Shown here one piece after another: positions 31,895 to 41,864 of a DNA stretch of 64,000 nt. The notes under the pieces were generated by a model. That model searched no databases. It was not told the DNA's origin and worked only from the letters and a program-made list of their open reading frames with translations. Numbering within the stretch: position 1 is the first letter of the stretch; each line of letters starts with the position of its first letter. The position numbers and the translations under genes were made by a program. The DNA lies in NCBI GenBank assembly GCA_963667255.1, contig OY762940.1, forward strand, positions 1,280,001-1,344,000, in the 5' to 3' direction. Origin of the DNA: Candidatus Cloacimonadota bacterium. GTDB lineage: Bacteria > Cloacimonadota > Cloacimonadia > G963667145.

Positions 31895-31922
31895 AAAAAA
31901 GGGAGAAAATTTTTCTCCCTTC
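31895..31922. terminator. Probable bidirectional terminator
   Basis: AAGGGAGAAAA / TTTTCTCCCTT inverted repeat between convergent genes. Confidence 0.7.
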
Positions 31923-31955
31923 TCATTTTCAGATAAACATAATGCTTTTAAAATG

Positions 31956-33296
31956 TCAAATATGATACATTCTTTTCAAATAAGTAGATTTTTTCTTCAA
32001 ATTCTCAAATCTGGCAAACATCTTATCCGAAATCGCAATCTGATTGTCCAGTAAATTTGCAAATTTGTCATCCAACTCTGAATTAACATTGAAGTCATCC
32101 AAAAGCACTTTGTCCTCTTTGATAACATGTTGCACTCTCGCCTCGGTAATCCCGAAGAAATAATGCCCGAAGAAACTATCTGCATCAAAAGAGGTCATCG
32201 GCTCATAATCGGTAATCGCCAAATCAGCCTCTTGTCCCTCGATAACGCCCAAGGGGAAACCGTATTTTTGCTTGATATCGTAAGCATTAAAGAACATAGA
32301 AATCATCTCGGGGAATCCCAAATCGGCGTTTCTGCTTTGGAATTTTGTCACAATGGCGGAATTTTTTTGTGCCTTCAGACAGCTCGAGTGCATTCCGTCA
32401 GTTCCGGCGGTAATCTTCAACCCTGCATCCACGAGCTCGTTCAGCTTCGCCGCATTAAGTCCATTATTCATATTGGAATCGATAGCTTGACCAATAAAAA
32501 TATTCTTGGAAGCTAAAATTTTCAACTCATTCGGAGTCAAATTACTGGCGTGAATTATCAAGGAATTATCGCGAAGCAATCCAAATTGGTCTAATCTCTC
32601 CACGAGTGGCTTGCCATAATTCCTCCAAGAATACTCTTGGTCAACTCCACCCTCGGCAACATGGCAATGAATGGGGGCAACCGTTTTTTTCGCCAAATAT
32701 TCCAAAGCAGCGTCCGGCAAAGTCAAAAGAGCGTGCATTCCCGTGAGACCTTTCAATTTCGGATTTTTCTCAACCTCTTTGGCAAATCTGGCATTCTCAG
32801 CTACAGACTTCTCAAAAAACTCTTGCCCATTGCGAGTGGTAGTCTCGAAAGCCAAACCGCCATTCACACCATAAGCCTCAAAAATTTCGCCCATTTCACT
32901 CAAAGAGTTTTCCACATTCCCCGAAATATGATGGTCAAAAACGGTCGTAACTCCAGCTTTGAGCGAATCCCTCATACTCAAAACAGTCGATAATCTCGTT
33001 GATTCCGAATCCAAGGCTTGGTCCAAAAGCCACCACAATTGTGCCAAAGTCCTCTCGAAAGTGCAAAACGGAACTTCGCAAGGAATCCCTTTGGACAAGC
33101 AGGAATAAATATGGTGGTGCGTATTCACCAGCCCTGGCAAAATAACTTGATTGGAGGCATCAATCTCGCGGTCAATAGGCTTAGTCGATTTGAACCTCAC
33201 AATTCCATCTTCCGAATAAATGTCTTTCTTCTCTACCTTCACTTCGCCATTTTCACACGGAGTTATCAGGTAACCACCCTTGATAAAAATATTCAT
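31956..33296 (-). CDS. SsnA-like amidohydrolase (nucleoside/base deaminase family)
   Basis: PGLVNTHHHIYS, DHH, HCHVAEG, GTDG. Confidence 0.78.
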   Translation of the reverse strand: MNIFIKGGYLITPCENGEVKVEKKDIYSEDGIVRFKSTKPIDREIDASNQVILPGLVNTHHHIYSCLSKGIPCEVPFCTFERTLAQLWWLLDQALDSESTRLSTVLSMRDSLKAGVTTVFDHHISGNVENSLSEMGEIFEAYGVNGGLAFETTTRNGQEFFEKSVAENARFAKEVEKNPKLKGLTGMHALLTLPDAALEYLAKKTVAPIHCHVAEGGVDQEYSWRNYGKPLVERLDQFGLLRDNSLIIHASNLTPNELKILASKNIFIGQAIDSNMNNGLNAAKLNELVDAGLKITAGTDGMHSSCLKAQKNSAIVTKFQSRNADLGFPEMISMFFNAYDIKQKYGFPLGVIEGQEADLAITDYEPMTSFDADSFFGHYFFGITEARVQHVIKEDKVLLDDFNVNSELDDKFANLLDNQIAISDKMFARFENLKKKSTYLKRMYHI

Positions 33297-33352
33297 AACA
33301 ACACATCCTTAAAATTTTTTTACTCTCCAATCCGAGAATTCCGCTCAATTTT

Positions 33353-33395
33353 TGTCAAACCCTATCTATTGTTTTTTGTCCTACTATCCTTGACA
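33353..33395. promoter_or_regulatory. Back-to-back -35 elements of the divergent amidohydrolase and PAP2 genes
   Basis: TTGACA on minus (33353-33358) and on plus (33390-33395). Confidence 0.55.
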
Positions 33396-33446
33396 TTAAT
33401 ACCAAAACAAAAAAATTGCACAGAGATATTTCCAAGGATTTAGAAC

Positions 33447-34403
33447 ATGAAAAAATTTGTAATTTCTCTCGTAATATTGGGGTTTGCTTCTCTTTGGGCT
33501 GAAAAAATCAACGACACCACTTACTCAATTAACGGAGAAACATATATTTATAATCGCCCACGCCTATTCGACTGCATCACAAAAGCCCCGGGAGATGTTT
33601 GGGATTTTGTAAAAGCAGGTGGCAATCCCGATAACTTCGGCTGGATGTATCTGACAGCCTTATCTACCGTAATCTTGGTGCAATGCGACGAAGAAGTCAC
33701 TGCCGAGGGACGCCGTTGGGGAAGAGATTTTGGAATTAGTGATGAAACATCCAACACAATTGGTTTCCCCTTTTTGGAATTACCCAGCGACTTGGCATCA
33801 GGGCTGTATTTTATCGGAGACGGAGCTACTCACCTCAGCATAATGGCAGGATTTTTGACTTACGGATTGTCCGCAAAAGATAACAGAGCCCTGCAAACCG
33901 CATCACAAATCTCGGAAGGAATGATTACCTCGGGATTGTTTACCGTCCAAATATTAAAACATGTAACCGGACGAACTTCCCCTCGCTCAAACCCAGACGA
34001 AAATGGTGTTTATAGAGATAAATGGAGACCACTCCCCAGCCAAGTAGCATATCACAAAAGCGTCTCCCACTACGATGCTTTCCCCTCCGGTCACCTTGCC
34101 ACCTCGATGATGACCTACACTGTCATCACGGAAAACTATCCCGAGTATTTTTGGATTAAACCGTTCGGCATTGCCCTGATGACTGCTCTCTCATTTCAGA
34201 TGATAAACAACGGTGTTCACTGGATTAGCGACTATCCTTTGGCTATTCTAATCGGTCGAGTTTATGGCAAATTGGCGGTTGACAAGGGACGAAAAAGAGT
34301 TAAGTCCAACGGAGAAAGTCAAAATAATGAAGAAAGCAATTTCAGCTTTCTGCCTGCTATTGTCGGCAACGGCTATGGTCTGGCTGCCTCATATACATTC
34401 TAA
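33447..34403 (+). CDS. PAP2 family phosphatase, divergent
   Basis: Signal peptide, LKHVTGRTSP, FPSGH, HWISD. Confidence 0.82.
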   Translation: MKKFVISLVILGFASLWAEKINDTTYSINGETYIYNRPRLFDCITKAPGDVWDFVKAGGNPDNFGWMYLTALSTVILVQCDEEVTAEGRRWGRDFGISDETSNTIGFPFLELPSDLASGLYFIGDGATHLSIMAGFLTYGLSAKDNRALQTASQISEGMITSGLFTVQILKHVTGRTSPRSNPDENGVYRDKWRPLPSQVAYHKSVSHYDAFPSGHLATSMMTYTVITENYPEYFWIKPFGIALMTALSFQMINNGVHWISDYPLAILIGRVYGKLAVDKGRKRVKSNGESQNNEESNFSFLPAIVGNGYGLAASYTF

Positions 34404-34945
34404 TGAAAATGAAAAAAATTATCCTACTTCTAATGCTTATTTTGTTTAGCACATTTTCGTTCGGATTAAATACAAAAGATTATGAAAATGCCGGAGATAT
34501 TATTCAGATTGCACTTCCTATCTCAGCGGCAACAGGAAGCATTCTTTATGGAGATTACGAAGGACTAAAGCAATTCGCTTACTCTTTTTCCTCAACACTG
34601 GCGACTACATACGCCCTGAAATACAGCATCAGTCGAGAACGCCCCGATGGAGCAGACGACCATTCATTCCCCTCAGGACACACATCCGCATCGTTTTCCG
34701 CCGCATCCTACATCCAAATGAGATACAACTGGTATCTTGGTGCTCCAGCGTATCTTTTGGCTTCATTCGTGGGATATTCCAGAGTCAGAGCGGACAGACA
34801 CTATCAGTCCGATGTCTACGCAGGAGCTGCCATAGCTACCGCTTTCAGTTATCTTTTTACGACCAAATTCTCAAAGAAAAATTTTAGCATCACCCCAACT
34901 GTTAGTTACGAAACATGGGGATTGCGAATAGCTTACAAGTTTTGA
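34403..34945 (+). CDS. PAP2 family phosphatase (LpxE-like)
   Basis: KYSISRERP, FPSGH, SRVRADRHYQSD: complete C1-C3 motifs. Confidence 0.88.
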   Translation: MKMKKIILLLMLILFSTFSFGLNTKDYENAGDIIQIALPISAATGSILYGDYEGLKQFAYSFSSTLATTYALKYSISRERPDGADDHSFPSGHTSASFSAASYIQMRYNWYLGAPAYLLASFVGYSRVRADRHYQSDVYAGAAIATAFSYLFTTKFSKKNFSITPTVSYETWGLRIAYKF

Positions 34946-35719
34946 TTAAAGCCCTTTCTTTTTAGCTTCTTGCCAAAAATCTTCCATCTCTTGCACAGTG
35001 GAATCTGAAAAGTTTTTGCTTCTGATTTTGAATTGCTCTTCTATGTATCCAAATCTATTTTTGAATTTGCTACAAGCCAACCGCAAACTGCTTTCCGAAT
35101 CAATTTTGTGATGATTGGCAAAACTTACCAAAGCAAACAACAAGTCGCCAAACTCCTCTTGAGATTGTTCCGCATTTTTGGCAGAAATCGCTTGCTGTAA
35201 CTCGGAAAACTCCTCGGTTACCTTGTCCAAAATTGTCTCAGCAGAGTCCCAACGAAACCCCAATGCATCCGCTTTCTCCTGCATCCTACTGGCAATAATC
35301 AGCGACGGCATACCGTTAGGGATACCATCCAAAACAGACTTCCGTTCCTTTTTTTCCAAGCGTTTAACCGACTCCCAACTATGCTTAGCCTCTCTTCCGC
35401 TATTAGCCTTCATCTCACCAAAAACATGAGGATGCCGCCTTATCAATTTGTCGTTAAGCTGATTAATCACATCTTTTATATCGAAATCTTTGTTTTCGTC
35501 GGCGATTTGTGCCTGAAACAAAATATGCAGTAGCACATCCCCCAACTCTTCTTTCAAATTGGCAATATCTTTTTTTTCGATAGCCTCTACCGCTTCATAA
35601 ACCTCTTCGATAAAATTGGGAATCAAGCTCTCGCTGGTTTGCTCGGAATCCCACGGACAACCGGAAACCTTATCCCGCAGGGCATTCACAACTTGCACAA
35701 GTTCATCAAACTCTTTCAT
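34946..35719 (-). CDS. mazG: Nucleoside triphosphate pyrophosphohydrolase MazG
   Basis: GCPWD, EEVYE, EELGD, RRHPHVF, EEFGDLLF. Confidence 0.94.
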   Translation of the reverse strand: MKEFDELVQVVNALRDKVSGCPWDSEQTSESLIPNFIEEVYEAVEAIEKKDIANLKEELGDVLLHILFQAQIADENKDFDIKDVINQLNDKLIRRHPHVFGEMKANSGREAKHSWESVKRLEKKERKSVLDGIPNGMPSLIIASRMQEKADALGFRWDSAETILDKVTEEFSELQQAISAKNAEQSQEEFGDLLFALVSFANHHKIDSESSLRLACSKFKNRFGYIEEQFKIRSKNFSDSTVQEMEDFWQEAKKKGL

Positions 35720-35727
35720 CTTCCGCC

Positions 35728-37026
35728 TTAAGGATTAATCCTGTAAATCATTCTCGGAAAAGGTATCGTCTCGCGGATATGAATAGTCCCGCAAATCCAA
35801 GCAACAAAGCGTTCCAAACCGATACCGAAACCGCTATGAGGGACAGACCCGTATTTTCGCAAATCCAAATACCAACTATATTCGTCCATCGGCATCTTCT
35901 CGGCTTCCATTTTGGCTTTCAGCACTTCATAATCGACCTCTCTTTCAGAACCGCCGATAATCTCGCCGAAACCTCCGGGAGCCAACAAATCACTACCCAA
36001 GACCAACTCGGGATTGTTCGGGTCTCGCTTCATATAAAAAGATTTGATTTCTGCAGGCCACTTCTCGATGAACACGGGAACTTCGCTCCCCTCTGTGATG
36101 GCAGCCTCTTCTTTCGCTCCAAAATCTTCATTATAATCAATCTCAAACCCTTTTGATTTCAGCAAATCTATTGCTTGCCTGTGGGTCATGCGTTTAAACT
36201 CTCCACAAGCGGCTTTGAGCCTTGCTGTATCGCTTTCCAAAACTTCCAAATCTTTTTGATTCTTCTCCAAGACTTCGTGAATAACCGACTTTATCAAAGC
36301 CTCCTGAATATCCATGCTCTGATTGTGGTCAACAAAAGCCGCCTCGGCATCCATCATCCAAAACTCCGTCAAATGCTTACGAGTCTTGGATTTTTCCGCC
36401 CTAAAAACTGGACCGAAATCGTAAACTCTGCCAAGAGCCATAATGCCCGACTCCAAATAGAGCTGACCGCTCTGAGAAAGATAAGCGTTGCCCAAATCGA
36501 AATAAGGAACCTCAAACAAAGTCGTCGTCCCCTCACACGCATTCGGCGTCAAAATAGGGGAATCAAAACGGAAATAGTTTTGCGAGTTTAGGTAATTGCA
36601 AATGCCAAAATACACAGTGTGCCTTATTTTTTGCATAGCTATTTGCTTGCGAGACCGAAGCCACAGATGCCTATTCGACAGCAAAAAATCCGGTCCATGC
36701 TCTTTTTTCCCGATAGGATAATCGACACTCTCGCCGACAATCTTCACATCTTTGAGATGAAATTCCACTTCGTCCTCGAACTTCGGATGAACCAGCGGTG
36801 TCCCTATCAACTCAACGGAAGTTTCCAAACTCAGAGATTTTACTCTTTCAAAAGCGTCCTCATCCATATCGGGTTTGCTCGCCACAGCCTGCAACTCTCC
36901 AAGTCCGTCTCTAAAAATAATAAACCGCAATTTACTGCTTGCTTTTCGCGTATTGCGAATCCAACCCTGCAAACAAATCTCTTTGCCCAAAAACTCTTTT
37001 ATCTTATTAGTTGTCGTATATTGCAT
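35728..37026 (-). CDS. asnS: Asparagine--tRNA ligase
   Basis: RHLWLR, LSQSGQLY, FRAEKSKTRKHLTEF, GFGIGLER; TTGACA at 37082-37087. Confidence 0.94.
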   Translation of the reverse strand: MQYTTTNKIKEFLGKEICLQGWIRNTRKASSKLRFIIFRDGLGELQAVASKPDMDEDAFERVKSLSLETSVELIGTPLVHPKFEDEVEFHLKDVKIVGESVDYPIGKKEHGPDFLLSNRHLWLRSRKQIAMQKIRHTVYFGICNYLNSQNYFRFDSPILTPNACEGTTTLFEVPYFDLGNAYLSQSGQLYLESGIMALGRVYDFGPVFRAEKSKTRKHLTEFWMMDAEAAFVDHNQSMDIQEALIKSVIHEVLEKNQKDLEVLESDTARLKAACGEFKRMTHRQAIDLLKSKGFEIDYNEDFGAKEEAAITEGSEVPVFIEKWPAEIKSFYMKRDPNNPELVLGSDLLAPGGFGEIIGGSEREVDYEVLKAKMEAEKMPMDEYSWYLDLRKYGSVPHSGFGIGLERFVAWICGTIHIRETIPFPRMIYRINP

Positions 37027-37119
37027 CTTTCACAACCCCTTACCTACTAAATTTTTGCTAAACAAAACCGCAAAGGTTAATTGTCAAGCACGAAAAACAT
37101 CTTCTCTTCTCCCAAAAAA

Positions 37120-38043
37120 TCATTCGGGAAACAAAAATCTTATTTTCGATTTTTCATCAAAAAATTTGGGGAACTGAATCACAAAAAGTCCAACAAGCAC
37201 CAAAAACACTCCCAATATCTTTTGCCAAGTGATAGACTCTCCCAACATAAAATACGAGCCTATCATCGTTACCACTGGCATCAAATTCAAAAAGGAGTTC
37301 GTCGCAACCGCTCCCATCTCCTTGATAAGATAGTTGTAACCCAAAAATCCCAAAATAGTCTCAAAAATTACCAAAAAAACAATTCCTTCCACAGCTTTCG
37401 GAACGATTTGGATTTGAGAAAGTTCGGGTAAATCGAAAATCAAAAAAAATGGCAAAAAATAAAGTGAGGCTATCAAAAATTGGTCTCTTACCAACTGCAT
37501 AACGGGAAAATCTGCCGATAAATTTTGCAAAATCACCACATATATCAGCGAACTCAGCACTGCACAAAACAACAGCGAAAACCCCAAAACAGAACCTGAG
37601 CCCAAATCGGATGAGACCACCGTAAAAATCACTCCCACAAAAGAAAAAGAGAGCCCGAGGAAAACACCTTTTTTCACGGGATAGCCAAAAACCAATCTCC
37701 CCATCAGCGGGGTAAACAGAGGAATTGTGGCGATAATGATGCAAGTGAGCGTAGCGGAAACATACTTCAGTGCAAAACCTTCGCCCAAGAAAAACAAGAA
37801 AGGGTCACAAAAAACGAGCAAAAGCAACTGTTTAAATTTCAATTTGGTATATTTAGCTTTAATCCCTTTTATCTTCATCAAGACTGTCAAAACCAACGCA
37901 CCCAATATAAACTTCGTAATCACAACCGTGAATACGCCAAAGCTGAGATAGCTCATCTTATACCAAATATAACCTATCCCCCAGCAGAGCATCACAAAAA
38001 AAGCAACACCCAAACTCCAAATCTGTCTTCCCATTTTCCCCAC
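37120..38043 (-). CDS. DMT/EamA family transporter
   Basis: About 10 TM segments in two EamA repeats; start may be ATG 38034. Confidence 0.82.
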   Translation of the reverse strand: MGKMGRQIWSLGVAFFVMLCWGIGYIWYKMSYLSFGVFTVVITKFILGALVLTVLMKIKGIKAKYTKLKFKQLLLLVFCDPFLFFLGEGFALKYVSATLTCIIIATIPLFTPLMGRLVFGYPVKKGVFLGLSFSFVGVIFTVVSSDLGSGSVLGFSLLFCAVLSSLIYVVILQNLSADFPVMQLVRDQFLIASLYFLPFFLIFDLPELSQIQIVPKAVEGIVFLVIFETILGFLGYNYLIKEMGAVATNSFLNLMPVVTMIGSYFMLGESITWQKILGVFLVLVGLFVIQFPKFFDEKSKIRFLFPE

Positions 38044-38055
38044 TCTTTTTCATAT

Positions 38056-38094
38056 AAAAAAGTTGTAGGCTAATCTTATTAGCCATACAACTTT
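38056..38094 (-). terminator. Intrinsic terminator after argG
   Basis: AAAGTTGTATGGCTAAT / ATTAGCCTACAACTTT stem with one bulge, plus T run. Confidence 0.8.
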
Positions 38095-38107
38095 ATTTTC
38101 TTATAAT

Positions 38108-39304
38108 CTATTTTCTCTTGCTCAGAGCTTTAACCTTCATTTGCAATCCGAAAAGATTGATGAACCCTTCGGCATCGGCTTGATTGTAAACCGAATCTTC
38201 CTCAAAAGTTACCAACTCCTCATCATACAAAGAGGTTGGAGAACTCATACCAGCTATGGTGCAATTCCCCTTATACAGCTTCAATCTGACAACACCGTTG
38301 ACATCTTCCTGAGTTTTTTTCACAAATTCTGACAACGATTCACGCAGAACACTATACCACTTTCCGTTGTAAACAAGCTCCGCAAATCTCACGGAAAGCA
38401 TCTCTTTGAAATGCAAAGTGTCTCTATCGAGTGTCAAATATTCCAACTCCTGATGAGCGGTAACCAAAACTCTTCCGGCAGGATTTTCGTAAACGCCACG
38501 AGATTTCATTCCCACCAAGCGATTTTCCACCAAATCATCTATTCCCACACCATTAGCACCGGCAACTTTGTTCAAATACTCCACAATTGCCAATGGCTTC
38601 ATCTTTTTGCCATCTACGGCAATAGGCAACCCTTTGGCAAACTCTATCTCAACATAAGTAGGTTTGTCCGGTGCTGCACTCGGCGGAGTAACCATCATGT
38701 AGATATTGTCCATCGGCTCATTTTTGGGACTCTCCAAATCGGAACCCTCATGCGATAAATGCCACACATTTCTGTCCATGCTATATGGTTTCTCTTGGGA
38801 AACAGCAATCTTAATTCCTCTCTCATTTGCATAATTATACGCATCTTGACGAGAACGGATAGTCCAAATTCTCCAAGGAGCGATGATTTTCATCTCAGGA
38901 GCCAGTGCCTTAATGGTAAGCTCAAACCTCACTTGGTCATTACCCTTACCGGTGCATCCGTGAGCAATATATTCCGCACCTTCTTGTTTGGCAATCTTCA
39001 CCAAAGCCTTGGCAATAACAGGTCTTGCCATAGAAGTTCCCAAAAGATATTTCCGCTCATAGATAGCACCCGAAGCCAAAGTAGGCCAAACAAAATCTTC
39101 GATAAATTCGTCTTTCAAATCTTCCACAAAAATCTTGCTCGCACCAGATTTGATAGCTTTCTCTTCCAGCCCGTCCAACTCTTCTGCACCTTGTCCGACA
39201 TCTGCAGCCACAGCTATGACTTCGGCATCTTTATAATTTTCTTTTAACCAGGGAATGATAACTGATGTGTCCAATCCACCGGAATAAGCCAAAACAATTT
39301 TCAT
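38108..39304 (-). CDS. argG: Argininosuccinate synthase
   Basis: [33 protein letters not shown]. Confidence 0.97.
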   Translation of the reverse strand: MKIVLAYSGGLDTSVIIPWLKENYKDAEVIAVAADVGQGAEELDGLEEKAIKSGASKIFVEDLKDEFIEDFVWPTLASGAIYERKYLLGTSMARPVIAKALVKIAKQEGAEYIAHGCTGKGNDQVRFELTIKALAPEMKIIAPWRIWTIRSRQDAYNYANERGIKIAVSQEKPYSMDRNVWHLSHEGSDLESPKNEPMDNIYMMVTPPSAAPDKPTYVEIEFAKGLPIAVDGKKMKPLAIVEYLNKVAGANGVGIDDLVENRLVGMKSRGVYENPAGRVLVTAHQELEYLTLDRDTLHFKEMLSVRFAELVYNGKWYSVLRESLSEFVKKTQEDVNGVVRLKLYKGNCTIAGMSSPTSLYDEELVTFEEDSVYNQADAEGFINLFGLQMKVKALSKRK

Positions 39305-39326
39305 AATCTCTCCTACTATCCTCTTT

Positions 39327-40208
39327 TTATTTATTATCCATTTTTATCATCGTTCCTATGCCCTTGTCCGTAAAAATCTCCAACAGCATAGAGTGTTCCA
39401 TTCTTCCATCGATAATATGCACCTGTCCAACTCCGCCATTCAGTGCCCTCGTGCAACATTCAACCTTGGGCAACATACCACCGGAAATCGCACCCGATTT
39501 TATCATTTTGTCAATCATAGCAGGTGTCAATCGCGACACTTTTTCATCGCCATCATAAACACCCTCAACATCAGTCAGGAGCAAAAATTTATCCGCATTC
39601 AGAGCAGAAGCAACCTCAGCCGCAGCTGTGTCAGCATTTATATTATAAGAATTTTGCTCATCATCAACGCCAATCGGAGCCACAACCACTATAAAATCAT
39701 CGTCCAACAAATTTTGCAAAACCTTCGTTTTCACGCTCGTTATCTCACCAACAAATCCCAAATCCACATTTTTACCATTGACAGACATCTCTTTCTTTTT
39801 CGCCTTGATAAAGCTATCATCCTTGCCCGACAAACCTATAGCCGAACCTCCGTGAAAATTCAATCCCGCAACAATCTCCTTGTTCACTTTTCCGGACAAC
39901 ACCATCTCCACCACCTCCATAGCATCCTTTGTCGTCTTCCGCAGACCATTAACAAATTCACTCTCAATCTGCATCTTATCCAAATAATCGGCAATATCAG
40001 GACCACCTCCATGCACCACCACCACTCGCATTCCCACAAATCGCATCAAAACCAAATCCATAATAACCGCCTCTTTGGCTTGGCGGTCAACCATCGCATT
40101 TCCACCATATTTCACCACTACGGTTTTCCCTCTAAATCGCTTGATATACGGCAAAGCCTCCACCAAGGTTTCTGCTTTTCGTTTGGCTACTTTCAGTTCC
40201 ATTTCCAA
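39327..40208 (-). CDS. argB: Acetylglutamate kinase
   Basis: KYGGNAM, HGGGP, NINAD, GGMLPK. Confidence 0.96.
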   Translation of the reverse strand: MEMELKVAKRKAETLVEALPYIKRFRGKTVVVKYGGNAMVDRQAKEAVIMDLVLMRFVGMRVVVVHGGGPDIADYLDKMQIESEFVNGLRKTTKDAMEVVEMVLSGKVNKEIVAGLNFHGGSAIGLSGKDDSFIKAKKKEMSVNGKNVDLGFVGEITSVKTKVLQNLLDDDFIVVVAPIGVDDEQNSYNINADTAAAEVASALNADKFLLLTDVEGVYDGDEKVSRLTPAMIDKMIKSGAISGGMLPKVECCTRALNGGVGQVHIIDGRMEHSMLLEIFTDKGIGTMIKMDNK

Positions 40209-40216
40209 TATCCTAA

Positions 40217-40642
40217 CTATTTCAATTCGTTTATTATACTGCTTTTCGTTCCATTCGGTCGATAGACAAGAGCTCTCTGTTCATCCAATTGCACTCCGAA
40301 ACCTTTCTTCTCAAAAATATTCGGTCGATTAGTGATAGTCAAAACCTCATAAACACCTTTCTCTTGAGCTACTTCCAAACATTTTTGCAACAATTCGCTA
40401 GCCAACCCTTTGCCTTGATATTCAGGCAAGACAGCCATCGAGCGAATTTCCGCAAGTTTAGCGTTATATACAGCCAAAGCACAACAGGCAACTACTTCGC
40501 CGTTTACTTCCTCCACCCAAAATTCATCCAAGCACTCTCGCAAATCGTCTCTATCCCGCAAAAGCAAATTCCCGTGCTCACTCGCCAATCTAATGAGCTT
40601 ATACAACCCCTCGATGTCCGCACTAATCGCTTTTCTTATCAT
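40217..40642 (-). CDS. argA: GNAT acetyltransferase, probable short N-acetylglutamate synthase
   Basis: AEIRSMAV..YQGKG motif; located between argJ and argB. Confidence 0.72.
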   Translation of the reverse strand: MIRKAISADIEGLYKLIRLASEHGNLLLRDRDDLRECLDEFWVEEVNGEVVACCALAVYNAKLAEIRSMAVLPEYQGKGLASELLQKCLEVAQEKGVYEVLTITNRPNIFEKKGFGVQLDEQRALVYRPNGTKSSIINELK

Positions 40643-40646
40643 AATC

Positions 40647-41864
40647 CTAAGACCTGTAATCGGCGTTTATTTTTATGTAATCGTAACTCAAATCGCAACA
40701 CCAAGCTGTAGCTGTTGCCTCGCCATTCATCAATTCCACGGAAATTTCAATCTCTTTTTCGCTCAAGATTTTTTTTGCCTCATCCTCATCAAAGTTCACA
40801 CCTCTGCCCTTCACAGCCATAACAATCTTGCCGGCATCAGAACTGAAAGAGATACAAACTCTATTCGGATCAAACTCTGCTCCAGAATACCCGACAGCAG
40901 CCAAAATTCTGCCCCAATTGGCATCCTCTCCAAAAATCGCCGTCTTCACCAAATTAGAGCCGCAAACACTTTTAGCTATAATTTTGGCATCAGCTTCGCT
41001 CTTTGCTCCACTAACATTGACCGTTACCAACTTCCCTGCTCCCTCACCGTCAGCAGCTATCTGTTTGCCCAAGTCGACACAAACAGCCAGCAAATTTTTA
41101 TAAAAAATACGATATTCATCTGAATTCTCATCGGCAATTAAATCGTTTCCGGCACGACCATTCGCCAAAAGCAAAACAGTATCATTCGTGGAAGTGTCGC
41201 CATCGACGGTCACCATATTAAAAGACAACTCCGTAGCATCGCTCAACGCCTTTTGCAACAACCGTTTTTCAATATTAATATCAGTAGTTATTACCGACAA
41301 CATCGTTCCCATATTCGGATGAATCATCCCCGAACCTTTGGCGACAGAGCCGATTTTGACCTTCTTCTCGTTTAGAATAAAATCAACACCCGCTTGCTTA
41401 GATTTAGTGTCCGTTGTCATCATCGCCTTTGCCAAAAGCAAGCCGTTTTCAGCACTCAAATTTTTGGAAACAACCTCTATCCCCGATAAAATCTTATCCA
41501 TCGGTAAACGATAGCCAATCACGCCCGTGGAAAGAACCATTATTTGAGCAGCAGGGACATTCATCTCTTTGCCAAAAGTTTTAGCCTCAATTCCCACATC
41601 TGCCAATCCATTCTCTCCTGTGCAAGCGTTGGCATTCCCACTATTGACGACCACACCTCTGGTCACAGAGCCGTTAAGAGCAGCTTTGCAATAGACAACA
41701 GGAGCTGCCATCACTTTGTTCTTGGTAAAAACTCCCGCACAAACACAGTCTGTCTCGGAAAAAACCGCTCCCAAGTCGTAACCCTCTTTTTTCAGCCCTG
41801 CACTCACAGCTCCGGCAATAAACCCTTGCGGATAACAAACACCCAACGGCTTAATCTCATTCAT
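40647..41864 (-). CDS. argJ: Ornithine acetyltransferase ArgJ
   Basis: NSGNANA, KGSGMIHPNMGTML, DGDTSTND, DGEG. Confidence 0.96.
   Translation of the reverse strand: MNEIKPLGVCYPQGFIAGAVSAGLKKEGYDLGAVFSETDCVCAGVFTKNKVMAAPVVYCKAALNGSVTRGVVVNSGNANACTGENGLADVGIEAKTFGKEMNVPAAQIMVLSTGVIGYRLPMDKILSGIEVVSKNLSAENGLLLAKAMMTTDTKSKQAGVDFILNEKKVKIGSVAKGSGMIHPNMGTMLSVITTDINIEKRLLQKALSDATELSFNMVTVDGDTSTNDTVLLLANGRAGNDLIADENSDEYRIFYKNLLAVCVDLGKQIAADGEGAGKLVTVNVSGAKSEADAKIIAKSVCGSNLVKTAIFGEDANWGRILAAVGYSGAEFDPNRVCISFSSDAGKIVMAVKGRGVNFDEDEAKKILSEKEIEISVELMNGEATATAWCCDLSYDYIKINADYRS

Noticed and set aside
34900..35000. Gene-orientation switch as replication terminus
   Set aside because: The plus strand appears C-rich on both sides and I recognised no dif-like site.
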